Assembly: GCA_964552565.1 (NCBI GenBank)
Contig: CAZKGL010000001.1
Coordinates: 25,875 to 89,874, forward strand
Source: an uncultured Gammaproteobacteria bacterium
Lineage (GTDB): Bacteria; Patescibacteriota; Patescibacteriia; UBA9934
Reading direction: 5' to 3'
Length of the DNA stretch: 64,000 bases
The position numbers were made by a program, and so were the translations under genes. The notes beneath the pieces were generated by a model that saw only the letters and a program-made list of their open reading frames with translations, had not been told where the DNA came from and searched no databases. Positions within the stretch are counted from its first letter, which is position 1; each line of letters begins with the position of its first letter. Shown piece after piece: positions 8,464 to 17,613 of the stretch.

Positions 8464-10332
8464 TTAGGAGAGGCCGACGATACGCTTTACTTCTTCGACC
8501 GCAGTGAGGCCTTCCAGAGCCTTCAGGATGCCGTCTTGGGCCATGGAAACCATACCTTGGCGTGCGGCGACCTCGCGCATCTGGAATTCGGTAATGACGC
8601 CGCCTTCCACGATCATCTTTTCCAGCTCGGCGTCGCGGATGATGATCTCATACACGCCGACGCGGCCTTTGTAGCCGGTATTGCCGCAGGTTGCGCAACC
8701 GGCAGGGCCGTAGAACTTCATGGCGTTCACGTCGGGCTTCGTCTCGCCGGAATTTTCCGGAATTGCGGCGATGAGCTTTTTCACGTCCTCGAGCACGTCC
8801 GGCTCGAGCGTTACCTCCTTCTTGCAGTCCTTGCAGAGCTTGCGGACGAGGCGCTGGCCCATGATGGCGTTCAAGGCCGGGGCGAGGAGGTACGGCTTTA
8901 CGCCCATCGACAGGAAACGGGGGACGGCGCCGGCGGCGTCGTTCGTGTGGATGGTAGAAAGCATGAGGTGGCCGGTGAGCGACGCCTGGATGGCGATCTC
9001 TGCGGTTTCGAGGTCGCGGATTTCGCCGACCATCACGATGTCCGGGTCCTGGCGCAAGATGGAGCGGAGGCCTTTCGCAAACGTGTAGTCCTTGCTCGCG
9101 TCGATCTGGCTTTGGTTCAGGCCCTCGACCTTGTACTCGATCGGGTCTTCAAGCGTGATGATCTTCACGTCCGACGTGTTGAGGCGCTTCAAGATCGCGT
9201 ACAGCGTCGTCGTCTTACCGCTGCCGGTCGGACCGGTCGTGATAATCATGCCGTTCGGTTTCTCGATCTCTTTCGTCAGCTTCTTGAGCATCGGCGCGCG
9301 GAAGCCGAGTTCATCGAACGCGAGCGAGATGGAGTCCGGGTTCAAGAGACGCATGACGACCGACTCGCCGTGCGCGGTCGGGATGGTCGAGGTGCGGACG
9401 TCGATCTGCTTGTTTTTCTGGAAAATGGTAAAACGGCCGTCCTGCGCCTGGTCGGTGACGTTCAGCTTCAGGCTGGCGATGAGCTTGATGCGGTTGATGA
9501 TCTTCTGCCACTTCGAGGGCTCGAGCTTGGTGACCTCCTGGAGCATGCCGTCGACGCGGAAGCGCACTGCGATGCCGCTCTCTTCCGCCTCGATGTGCAC
9601 GTCGCTCGACCCGAGCTCGACCGACGCGGCAATCACGACCGCGAGCACATCGGTGACGTTGGCCTTGTTGAGCACGTCGGCGATCGCCTTCATGTCCTTC
9701 ATCTGCTCCTGGTACTTCTCCAGCTCTTTTTCGGTGATCTGCACGCCCTTCACGACCTGGGTGATCTTCGGGAGCGCGGCGTACAGCGTCAACGCCTGCG
9801 CCAAACTCTGTTCAGAAATGGCGTAGACGGCGGCGTTCGCCTTGTGCCGTTCGCCGAGCGAATAGGCGAGGTCTTTGACCGCTTTGTTCGCCGGATCGAC
9901 GGCGCCGATGCGCAACTCCGTGCCGGTAAAGAGAAATACGACCGCCTTGAGTTCGCGCGACTGCTCTTCCGGGATGAGCACAAGGGCGTCCGGGCTGATC
10001 GGGAATCCTTTGAGGTCGATGTAGGGCGCGCCGAGGCTTGCGGCGAGGCGCTGCGTCTCGTCCTCTTTTTCGCGCAGTTTGATGGCCCCCATCTTTTCTG
10101 TGAGCTTCTCACTCGTCTCCACGTCGCTCAAGACGATTTTCTGTGACGAGGGGACGCTCGGCGCAGGTTCGGGCGCAGCAGGAGCGGCCGGGGCCGGCGC
10201 GGGGGAGGGTGCGGGCGCAACGGCGGGTGCCGGAGACGACGAAACCGCCGGCGCGGCGGCCGGTGTTGGTGCAGACTGCGCTTCCCGCCTTCGTTGGAGA
10301 AGGTCGGCGATGGACGGGAGGTTTGAGGACAT
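8464..10332 (-). CDS. Type IV pilus/T2SS assembly ATPase (PilB/GspE family)
   Basis: GPTGSGKTT, LRQDPD, GEIRD, TIHTND, CxxC...CxxC; Pro/Ala-rich N-terminus. Confidence 0.93.
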   Translation of the reverse strand: MSSNLPSIADLLQRRREAQSAPTPAAAPAVSSSPAPAVAPAPSPAPAPAAPAAPEPAPSVPSSQKIVLSDVETSEKLTEKMGAIKLREKEDETQRLAASLGAPYIDLKGFPISPDALVLIPEEQSRELKAVVFLFTGTELRIGAVDPANKAVKDLAYSLGERHKANAAVYAISEQSLAQALTLYAALPKITQVVKGVQITEKELEKYQEQMKDMKAIADVLNKANVTDVLAVVIAASVELGSSDVHIEAEESGIAVRFRVDGMLQEVTKLEPSKWQKIINRIKLIASLKLNVTDQAQDGRFTIFQKNKQIDVRTSTIPTAHGESVVMRLLNPDSISLAFDELGFRAPMLKKLTKEIEKPNGMIITTGPTGSGKTTTLYAILKRLNTSDVKIITLEDPIEYKVEGLNQSQIDASKDYTFAKGLRSILRQDPDIVMVGEIRDLETAEIAIQASLTGHLMLSTIHTNDAAGAVPRFLSMGVKPYLLAPALNAIMGQRLVRKLCKDCKKEVTLEPDVLEDVKKLIAAIPENSGETKPDVNAMKFYGPAGCATCGNTGYKGRVGVYEIIIRDAELEKMIVEGGVITEFQMREVAARQGMVSMAQDGILKALEGLTAVEEVKRIVGLS

Positions 10333-10338
10333 GCCGGT

Positions 10339-11367
10339 TTAGCGTGAAAACGCCCGGACGACGCGGCGTGCGGCGTGCTCGGCGCGGGGGTGCGCCGGCA
10401 GACGCTCGTAGCGCTCCAAAAATTCGGTCCAGGCGGCGTAGTTGAACGTGGTCATCATGCCACCAAGTGCGACGATGAGGAAGAGGATGAGTACGCCGGT
10501 AACGACGGAAGCGAGCACAAGGAGCGGCAGGGAGGCCGCGACGGCGGCGAGCACCGCGTACGTGAGCACGCCGCCGAGGAGGAGGACGGCGAGGATAATC
10601 GCAGTCACGATGTAGTTGATGAGGAAAAGGATGGCGGAGAACTCAACCGCGGACAGCCAGTGGCGCGACAGGAACGTCGTGGCGTGCTGGAGCGACGGAA
10701 TGACGCCTTCGTCCTTGCGCACGGCATGGATGAGCGCGGTGATGGCGACGGCGTTCACGGTGAACGCAGCGGGCAGGACGACGAGATAGACGCCGAGCGC
10801 GGCGAAGACCTCCACGTTGTCCGCGACGGCGCCAAGCAAGGACCGGAGCCCGAGCGCACCGAGGAGGAGGACGATGGCGAGCGCGAGGCGGCCGATGACG
10901 TTCAGCGCAAACAGGCGGGCGACGTGCGTTGCGCGGATTTCCTCCGTGACCGCCTTGAAGGGCCTCGGCTTCTTTTTCGCCGCGGCGCGGTGGATGTGCG
11001 TGAAGACGACGTGCTGCGCCACCATCATGAGGAACACGGCGCAGACGAGGAGCCCGATGCTGAACGCGAGCGTCGCCGCGACCTGGTCGCCCGTGCCGGT
11101 CATGAGCGTCGCGACGAACGTCTTTCCGAATGCGAACGCGTTCCACGTTTCCTCGAGGGTCTGCCACGACACGGTGCCGGGCGCAAGCGTCGGCGCGAGC
11201 TTTAGCACCTCATTCGTCACCGCGCCGGTCTGCGCGATGCCGGCGAAGAACCCAAAGACCCAAAGCGCGCGGTGGTGCCACGTCGCTTTGGCTGCCCGGA
11301 CCAGGAGTTTTCGGTACACCGGAACGTACGGCTGCATACTCCTCCATTGCTTCGCCAAGTATAACAC
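10339..11367 (-). CDS. Multi-pass membrane protein, hypothetical
   Basis: Several hydrophobic segments; co-oriented between ftsH and the PilB-family gene. Confidence 0.7.
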   Translation of the reverse strand: MLYLAKQWRSMQPYVPVYRKLLVRAAKATWHHRALWVFGFFAGIAQTGAVTNEVLKLAPTLAPGTVSWQTLEETWNAFAFGKTFVATLMTGTGDQVAATLAFSIGLLVCAVFLMMVAQHVVFTHIHRAAAKKKPRPFKAVTEEIRATHVARLFALNVIGRLALAIVLLLGALGLRSLLGAVADNVEVFAALGVYLVVLPAAFTVNAVAITALIHAVRKDEGVIPSLQHATTFLSRHWLSAVEFSAILFLINYIVTAIILAVLLLGGVLTYAVLAAVAASLPLLVLASVVTGVLILFLIVALGGMMTTFNYAAWTEFLERYERLPAHPRAEHAARRVVRAFSR

Positions 11368-11400
11368 GTCCTGCCGCGGGGATGCGACAGGACGTGGGGG

Positions 11401-13248
11401 TTATGCGGGTTGGACTTCGACCTTCGGGCGCTTCTGCGCAGGGCCGACCAGCGCCTCGAACTGTTCTTTCTCGATCGTCTCCTTCTCGAGCAGCTCTTTG
11501 ACGATCGTGTCCATCTTCGCGCGGTGCGTATGGATGACGGCTTTCGCCTGCTCGAGCGCCTCGCGCAGGATGCGGTTGATCTCGCCGTCGATCTGCTCCG
11601 CGACTTTTTCGGAGTAGTCGCGGCTCTCGTGGATTTGCTTGCCGAGGAAGACCATCTCGTCGCGCTCGCCATACGTGCGCGGGCCCATCGCCTCGCTCAT
11701 GCCGTATTGCGTGACGAGTTCGCGGGCAAGCGCAGTCGCTTTTTGGAGGTCGTTCGACGCGCCGGTCGTGAGGTCGCCGAAGATCTCCTGCTCGGCGACG
11801 TAGCCGCCGAGCGTCATGGCGAGGTCGTCGAGGAATTCGCGCCGGGAGTGCATTTTCCGGTCCTCTTCCGGGATGCTCATGGTGTAGCCGGCGGCGCGGC
11901 CGCGGGCGATAATGGAGACCTTGTGCACGTCGTCGCAGAAGGGCAGGAGGTGGCCGACGATGGCGTGGCCGGCCTCGTGGTACGCGGTGACAAGCCGCTC
12001 CTCGGGGCCGAGGATGTGGCTCTTGCGCTCCGGGCCGAGCATGACCTTCTCGATTGCCTCGAGGAGCTCCTTTTGCGCAGTCTCTTTTTTATTGCGGCGG
12101 GCGGCCAAGATGGCGCCTTCGTTCATGATGTTCATGAGATCCGCGCCGGAAAGGCCCGGCGTGCGCTCGGCAATGCGGCGCAGGTCGATGTCGCTCGCGA
12201 GCGGCTTGTTGGCGGCGTGGATTTTCAGGATTGCCTCGCGTTCCTTGAGGTCCGGGCGGTCGAGGACGACGCGGCGGTCGAAGCGGCCGGGGCGGAGCAG
12301 GGCCGGGTCAAGGACGTCCGGGCGGTTTGTCGCCGCGATGACGATGACGCCGAGGTTCGGCTCGAAGCCGTCCATTTCGACGAGGATCTGGTTGAGCGTC
12401 TGTTCGCGCTCGTCATGCCCGCCGCCGAGGCCGGCACCGCGTTGGCGGCCGACCGCGTCGATTTCATCGATAAACACGATGCACGGCGCCGCCTTTTTGG
12501 CGCGGCTGAAGAGGTCGCGCACGCGGCTTGCGCCGACGCCGACGAACATCTCCACGAACTCCGAGCCGGAAATGTGGAAGAACGGCACGTTCGCCTCGCC
12601 GGCGACCGCGCGGGCGATGAGCGTTTTGCCGGTGCCCGGCGGGCCCATGAGGAGCACGCCCTTCGGGATCTTCGCGCCGAGTTCGGCAAACTTCTTCGGC
12701 GTCTTCAAGAACTCGACGATTTCCGCGAGCTCTTCTTTGGCTTCCGTCGCGCCGGCGACGTCCTCAAACGTGACGCGGTTCTTCTTGCTCGTCGATTCCC
12801 GCACGTTCGCCTGGCCGAAGGTCATCGCCTTCGTGTTCGCGCCCTGCATCTGGCGCAGGAAGAACCACAGGATGGCGCCGAAGATGACGACGAACAGGAT
12901 GGTCGGGAGGAAGCTCCGCACGAGCGTGAGCCCGACGCCCGGCTCCTTCACTTCGATATCGACGGCGTTCAGCTGCTCGCTCGTCACGCCGAAGTCCTGC
13001 AGCGCCTCCGACAGCGACGCGTCCGACTCCTTTTTCGCACTGTACTCGACGTTGTTCTTGTCGATGACCGTCAAGGTGTCTTCTTGGACCTCGATCGCGG
13101 CGACCTCGCCGGCGATGATTTTGTCCGCGAGGGTCGAGATGCCGATCGTCTCGGGCCGGTTCTTGCCGAGGTCGTAGGTCGAGAACACGACGCCGAGCGC
13201 AAGTACGGTGAGGAGGGCGATGATGATGTTTTTGGAAAGGGGTTTCAT
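11401..13248 (-). CDS. ftsH: ATP-dependent zinc metalloprotease FtsH
   Basis: Two TMs, [26 protein letters not shown]. Confidence 0.97.
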   Translation of the reverse strand: MKPLSKNIIIALLTVLALGVVFSTYDLGKNRPETIGISTLADKIIAGEVAAIEVQEDTLTVIDKNNVEYSAKKESDASLSEALQDFGVTSEQLNAVDIEVKEPGVGLTLVRSFLPTILFVVIFGAILWFFLRQMQGANTKAMTFGQANVRESTSKKNRVTFEDVAGATEAKEELAEIVEFLKTPKKFAELGAKIPKGVLLMGPPGTGKTLIARAVAGEANVPFFHISGSEFVEMFVGVGASRVRDLFSRAKKAAPCIVFIDEIDAVGRQRGAGLGGGHDEREQTLNQILVEMDGFEPNLGVIVIAATNRPDVLDPALLRPGRFDRRVVLDRPDLKEREAILKIHAANKPLASDIDLRRIAERTPGLSGADLMNIMNEGAILAARRNKKETAQKELLEAIEKVMLGPERKSHILGPEERLVTAYHEAGHAIVGHLLPFCDDVHKVSIIARGRAAGYTMSIPEEDRKMHSRREFLDDLAMTLGGYVAEQEIFGDLTTGASNDLQKATALARELVTQYGMSEAMGPRTYGERDEMVFLGKQIHESRDYSEKVAEQIDGEINRILREALEQAKAVIHTHRAKMDTIVKELLEKETIEKEQFEALVGPAQKRPKVEVQPA

Positions 13249-13379
13249 AAGGCAATGTTGTAGCAACGGGACTTCGGGATTCTCGCAGAAACCAGCCATT
13301 TCGTCAAAGCGCAGGCTCATCGGAAAACCAGCCCATGATAGGCTGGCTTTCCTTGGTCCCGGGCCATGGAATGTTTGCG

Positions 13380-13455
13380 TGGTGGACGCAGCGGGACTCG
13401 AACCCGCACCTACTGGTATCAACCCGGCTGTGACTGCCCTTACCACCATGCGCCC
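13380..13455 (-). ncRNA. Atypical tRNA-like RNA (G3:U70, encoded CCA, non-canonical anticodon arm), copy 1
   Basis: GGGCGCA/TGCGTCC-ACCA acceptor stem; GCGGG-TTCGAGT-CCCGC T-arm; anticodon arm GCCGG-GTTGATA-CCAGT. Confidence 0.8.
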
Positions 13456-13471
13456 GTGTGGCCCGGGAGAA

Positions 13472-13557
13472 GCAAAAGAGACTCCGCCACCGTTGAACGA
13501 TGGGGAGTCTCTTTTGTGACACCAGCACTGAGCTATACAGCCACAGCTGATGGTGCC
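13472..13557 (-). ncRNA. Leader/small RNA complementary to the anticodon arm of the tRNA-like RNA, ending in a terminator-like hairpin
   Basis: 13537-13550 and 13517-13527 pair with tRNA-like 13424-13437 and 13411-13421; hairpin 13472-13517 with T tract. Confidence 0.6.
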
Positions 13558-13586
13558 ATTTCATCACGCTGAAAATCGGTCGTCAA
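13558..13586 (-). promoter_or_regulatory. Sigma70-type promoter
   Basis: TTGACG-17 nt-TGAAAT downstream of the rpsA terminator. Confidence 0.55.
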
Positions 13587-13638
13587 ATATGGTTATCAAC
13601 AAAAACCCCGGCGCAGGGCCGGAGGTTTTTGTTTTTGG

Positions 13639-14763
13639 TTATTCCTTCGTCTCCGCCGCTTTTTCGGCTTCGGTGCGCTCTTCGCGCAGCGAGAGGCCGA
13701 GGCGGTGCTCCGCAGGTTCGATGCTGACGATGCGGAACTTCTTCACGTCGCCGACCTGGCCGAGCTTCGTCACGTCCTCAACCGGCTTGTCCGCGAGTTC
13801 CGACACGTGGGCGAGGCCCTGGATGTCCTGGTCGAGCTCCACGAAGAAGCCGAACGGGTTCACCTTGATGACTTTGCCCTCGACCCACTCACCGACCTTA
13901 TACTTCTTCGTGACATCCTTCCACGGGTCCTCGATGAGCTTCTTCATGCTGAGGAAGATCTTGCTGCCCTCGATGCCGATGATCTCCGCGCGGACGCTGT
14001 CGCCGACCTTGAGGACGTCCTTCGGGTGGTCGATGCGCTGCCACGCGATTTCCGAGATGTGCACCAGGCCCTCGAGCGGGGACGTGGCGTTCTTCGGGTA
14101 GAACTTCACGAACGCGCCGAAGTCCGCGATGGCGCTCACTTCGCCGGAGATGCTGTCGCCGACGCGGCACTGGGCGATGACGTTCTTCTGCTCGTCCTCC
14201 CAGATCGCCTTTTCCGAGACGATGAGCTTCTCATCCGATTCGTTCACGTCGAGGATCTTCACGCGCATGGTTTCGCCGACGAAACTCTTGAGTTTCTCGA
14301 GGATCTTCTGCTTGTCGCCGCCTGCAACGCGCGGGTAGTGCTCCGGCGCGAGTTGCGACACCGGGAGGAAGCCCTGGACGTGGTTCACACGGACGAGGAG
14401 GCCGCCCTTGTTCGCGTCGAGCACCTTCACGTTGACCGGCTCGCCGCTTGCCTGCAGATCGTCGAGGTCGCTCCACGCCTTCTTCTGGCCGGCATAGCGG
14501 AACGAGAGTTCGATTTCACCGTTCTCGTTTTCGGCATCGACGACGGTCGCTTCGACCGTGTCGCCTGCCTTGAGGTTCTTGTAGACCTCGGCCTCAGTAA
14601 AGAGTTCGCGGCCGCGGACGACGCCGACGGCGAGGCCGTTCACGTCGATGCGGACTTCACGGCCCTTCGTCGAAAGGACTTTGCCTTTCACGAGGTCGCC
14701 GAGCTTCGGGATGGCGACGAACTGCGCGTCCTCGAGCAACTGTTCCAACTGGCTGTTTGCCAT
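13639..14763 (-). CDS. rpsA: 30S ribosomal protein S1 (four S1 domains)
   Basis: NKGGL, GFLPVSQL, FGAFV, GLVHISE repeats. Confidence 0.9.
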   Translation of the reverse strand: MANSQLEQLLEDAQFVAIPKLGDLVKGKVLSTKGREVRIDVNGLAVGVVRGRELFTEAEVYKNLKAGDTVEATVVDAENENGEIELSFRYAGQKKAWSDLDDLQASGEPVNVKVLDANKGGLLVRVNHVQGFLPVSQLAPEHYPRVAGGDKQKILEKLKSFVGETMRVKILDVNESDEKLIVSEKAIWEDEQKNVIAQCRVGDSISGEVSAIADFGAFVKFYPKNATSPLEGLVHISEIAWQRIDHPKDVLKVGDSVRAEIIGIEGSKIFLSMKKLIEDPWKDVTKKYKVGEWVEGKVIKVNPFGFFVELDQDIQGLAHVSELADKPVEDVTKLGQVGDVKKFRIVSIEPAEHRLGLSLREERTEAEKAAETKE

Positions 14764-15077
14764 ACTTTTATTCCTGGCCGCGCCGTGTCCTCAGGGGAGG
14801 AGCGGGGCGTCCAGGCGTTAATGATGAATAAAAGTGCTCGAAGTGTAGCGTAAGGGACGTTTTTGGTCAATCAGGGGACGACGGAGACCATGGATTCAAA
14901 AATACTGCTGAGATTCGCAAAGTCACGACGTTTTGTCCGACAATTCTTGACAGATGAGCCTTATACGGTACAGCTGGCAGTACAAGGGCAGATCGTACCT
15001 CCATGGGGTTCTGTCCTTCGCACCGCTCCTTCACAACCGGTTCTACCAGTGTGAAATGGGGCATTTTTGGGGGGAAC

Positions 15078-15872
15078 ATGTACGGATTGCTGGGGCTTCT
15101 CGCCTGCGGCATCGAGTGGAATTGGCCCTGGGAACGGGATCCTGTTCCCTGGCCGGCCGATACCGGGATTTCGGCCCAAGAGGAGGACACCGCGGATACG
15201 GGCGGCACGCCCGACACCGCGGACGGCACCGGGCTGACGGACACCGCCGACACGCCGGACGGGGACTGCGAGGCGACGCTCGTCGTGACGGCGACGTTCG
15301 ACGGCGGGCTGCTTCCGCCTGGGCTCGGCATCACGGTCGCGAGCCTCGACGAGTCCGCGAACCTCATCGCGAGCGCGGACGGTACGACCGGCAGCGCCGT
15401 CGTCGTGCCGTGCGGCCGCACCAGGGTCATGGCCGACGACGCGTGGCTGACCCGCGACGGCGTGCCGGTGGTCACGTACCTCGGCGACGTGTTCGTCCAG
15501 GGGCCGCTCGAGTTCCGCCTCACCGAAGACGGCGCCGAGGTGCCCATGCCGCTCCACGCGTTCGTGGGCGAGGGGACGGCGGACTGCGACTACGCGGGAG
15601 ACGCCGCGTACGAGCTCAGCGCCACCATCACGGTCGCGGCCGCGACGACGATGGTCATCACGCCGTACGGGACGACCTACCCGTCGTTCCTGTACCCCGG
15701 GAGCTCCGTCATCGTGTCCGGGTCGACCTTCACCATGGTGTCCGCGGGTCCGGGGGACGCGGTCATCGAGACGGTCGACTACGCCCTCGGGTCGTTCGCC
15801 ATGAATCTGCGCGAGCAGGACGCGGCGGGCAACATGTGGTTTGGCACGTTCGCGTGCCGCATTCGCGAGTAA
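15078..15872 (+). CDS. Putative lipoprotein with acidic DT-rich linker
   Basis: MYGLLGLLAC lipobox-like start; DTADTG repeats. Confidence 0.7.
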   Translation: MYGLLGLLACGIEWNWPWERDPVPWPADTGISAQEEDTADTGGTPDTADGTGLTDTADTPDGDCEATLVVTATFDGGLLPPGLGITVASLDESANLIASADGTTGSAVVVPCGRTRVMADDAWLTRDGVPVVTYLGDVFVQGPLEFRLTEDGAEVPMPLHAFVGEGTADCDYAGDAAYELSATITVAAATTMVITPYGTTYPSFLYPGSSVIVSGSTFTMVSAGPGDAVIETVDYALGSFAMNLREQDAAGNMWFGTFACRIRE

Positions 15873-15885
15873 GGGGGAGGGGGAA

Positions 15886-16698
15886 ATGCGCATCGTTCCA
15901 TGTATGTTCCTTGTGGCCTGTACGGCCGAGTACCCGGTGACGCCGGGCAAGGACACCGCGCCGTCGGAAGACGTCGCGACCGGCGACACGGCGACCGGCG
16001 ACACGGTCGACGATCTGGAGCCCGAGGAGGGGATGGGCGAGGTCGTCCTGCACACGACGCTCGGCAGCCGCGTCCTCGACGGGATGGCGGTCTCCGCCTA
16101 CGCGGTGGGGGAAGACGGCGGGGTCACGTACCTCGGCAGTGGCTGGAGCGAGGAGGAGTTCGAGGTCGAGAGCGGTACCGTCCGCCTCGCCATCGGCGAT
16201 CCCGCGGTCCACGAGACGACCGAGGACGGCTACCCGACGGCGCGGTGGGGCGACCAGACCTACGTCGGCGCCCCGGTCGACGCCACGCTGCCGTCCGGCG
16301 GCCGCGTCGAGGAGACCATCGCGGTGAGCCTCCTCATCGGGGAGAAGTACTACGAAGTGGTCGAGGCCGACTGCTGGGAGCTCGAGGACGGGCGCGAGCA
16401 CGAGGTCGAGTACGCGAAGGGCGAGGAGTGGCAGGAGGGCTGGGTGGAGTACAACCCCTGGCTGTACCAGCGCCAGACGAAGTACCTCGCGCTCGAGGAT
16501 GACGACCTCACGGAAGTGCCCTTCGGCTTCCTGAACCCGGGCGAGTGGCTCGAGGTGAAGGACGACGGGGTGGCCCTCATGCCCGAGAGCACGACGAACA
16601 TCATGCGCGACATGCGGGCGAGCCACGACGACTTCTCGTTCGTGTACATCGACCTCGTCCGCGAGTGCTGGTGGGAGGTGAGCGCCCGGGCCTGGTAG
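15886..16698 (+). CDS. Putative acidic lipoprotein
   Basis: MFLVAC lipobox-like; ATGDTATGDT linker; GGAGG SD. Confidence 0.7.
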   Translation: MRIVPCMFLVACTAEYPVTPGKDTAPSEDVATGDTATGDTVDDLEPEEGMGEVVLHTTLGSRVLDGMAVSAYAVGEDGGVTYLGSGWSEEEFEVESGTVRLAIGDPAVHETTEDGYPTARWGDQTYVGAPVDATLPSGGRVEETIAVSLLIGEKYYEVVEADCWELEDGREHEVEYAKGEEWQEGWVEYNPWLYQRQTKYLALEDDDLTEVPFGFLNPGEWLEVKDDGVALMPESTTNIMRDMRASHDDFSFVYIDLVRECWWEVSARAW

Positions 16699-16782
16699 CG
16701 CTGGCCCTGAAGGAGGCTCGGTCTCCGTTTCGCCGGTCTGGCGGGACGGAGGCCTCTTCATTTGTGCTACCATGAAGGCACT

Positions 16783-17499
16783 ATGCCGCACCCCCACGAA
16801 TACCTCCTGAAGGAGTTCAAGATTTCCATCGACAAGCTGGTTCCGCTGACCCCGCACGAGGTCGTTGCGGAGGCAAATCAGCTGTACGACGAGCTGTCGG
16901 CAAACGCGCACGCGAGCGAGAAGCAGATCCACGACGCCCTTGTCCACGTCGGCCGCAAGGAATTCCCGTACCGCAAGGCGTACGAGGAGCTGTGCGCAAA
17001 TGACGAGGAGCAGCGCCTGCAGAAGCTGGTGTTTGACCGGCTCGACGATGCGGTGCAGGCGAAGGTGGAGAACGTCACGCAGCACGGCGTCCACGTCCTT
17101 GATTATGTGAACAGCCCGCTGTTCGAGGAGCAGCTTACCGCGGACGAGCGCTATCAAGTCGAGCAGGCGATCCTTTTGGCGCACGACGACCTCAACAAGC
17201 AGTGCAACGAACGCGCGATCGAGCGCAAAAAGAACTATGAGGAGCTCGTGGCGCGGTGGCGCGCCGAGGAAGAGCGCCTCCAGGGGCTCATCGACCAGCT
17301 GAAGGGCATGGCAGACCGCGACGTGAAGTGGCGCGACGAGATCCTCGGCAAGGCGGCGCAGCTCGAGGAGGGCTGGTCCATCGTCGAACGCGACCCGAGC
17401 GAGGAAGAGGTGAAGAAAGAGCTCGAATATTGGTCGACCGTGCTTGCGGAAAGCGAGGACGACGCGGTGGATAGTTCAGTTGACGCGGTTGATGCGTAA
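16783..17499 (+). CDS. Hypothetical helical protein
   Basis: Long acidic helical ORF preceded by TGCTACCAT extended -10. Confidence 0.7.
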   Translation: MPHPHEYLLKEFKISIDKLVPLTPHEVVAEANQLYDELSANAHASEKQIHDALVHVGRKEFPYRKAYEELCANDEEQRLQKLVFDRLDDAVQAKVENVTQHGVHVLDYVNSPLFEEQLTADERYQVEQAILLAHDDLNKQCNERAIERKKNYEELVARWRAEEERLQGLIDQLKGMADRDVKWRDEILGKAAQLEEGWSIVERDPSEEEVKKELEYWSTVLAESEDDAVDSSVDAVDA

Positions 17500-17508
17500 T
17501 GGTACATT
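17480..17508 (+). promoter_or_regulatory. Sigma70-type promoter
   Basis: TTGACG-17 nt-TACATT with TG extension. Confidence 0.65.
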
Positions 17509-17512
17509 CCCT

Positions 17513-17594
17513 TCATCCAGATATGCTCGCATGAGCACTTCTTGATGACCAATTAGCAACTCCCCATTCATTTGGCGGGGTTGTTATTTGTTTT
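17513..17594 (+). ncRNA. Leader/small RNA complementary to the anticodon arm of the tRNA-like RNA, ending in a terminator-like hairpin
   Basis: 17515-17527 is the exact reverse complement of 17633-17645; 17538-17549 is the exact reverse complement of 17647-17658. Confidence 0.65.
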
Positions 17595-17613
17595 ACGCCG
17601 GAGCGTGGGCCCT

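Noticed and set aside
11401-13449. Extended 682-aa FtsH N-terminus in the ORF track
   Set aside because: The extension reads through the tRNA-like RNA and its hairpin; the likely start is ATG at 13248. The same applies to the 17588 extension of the MBL-fold gene
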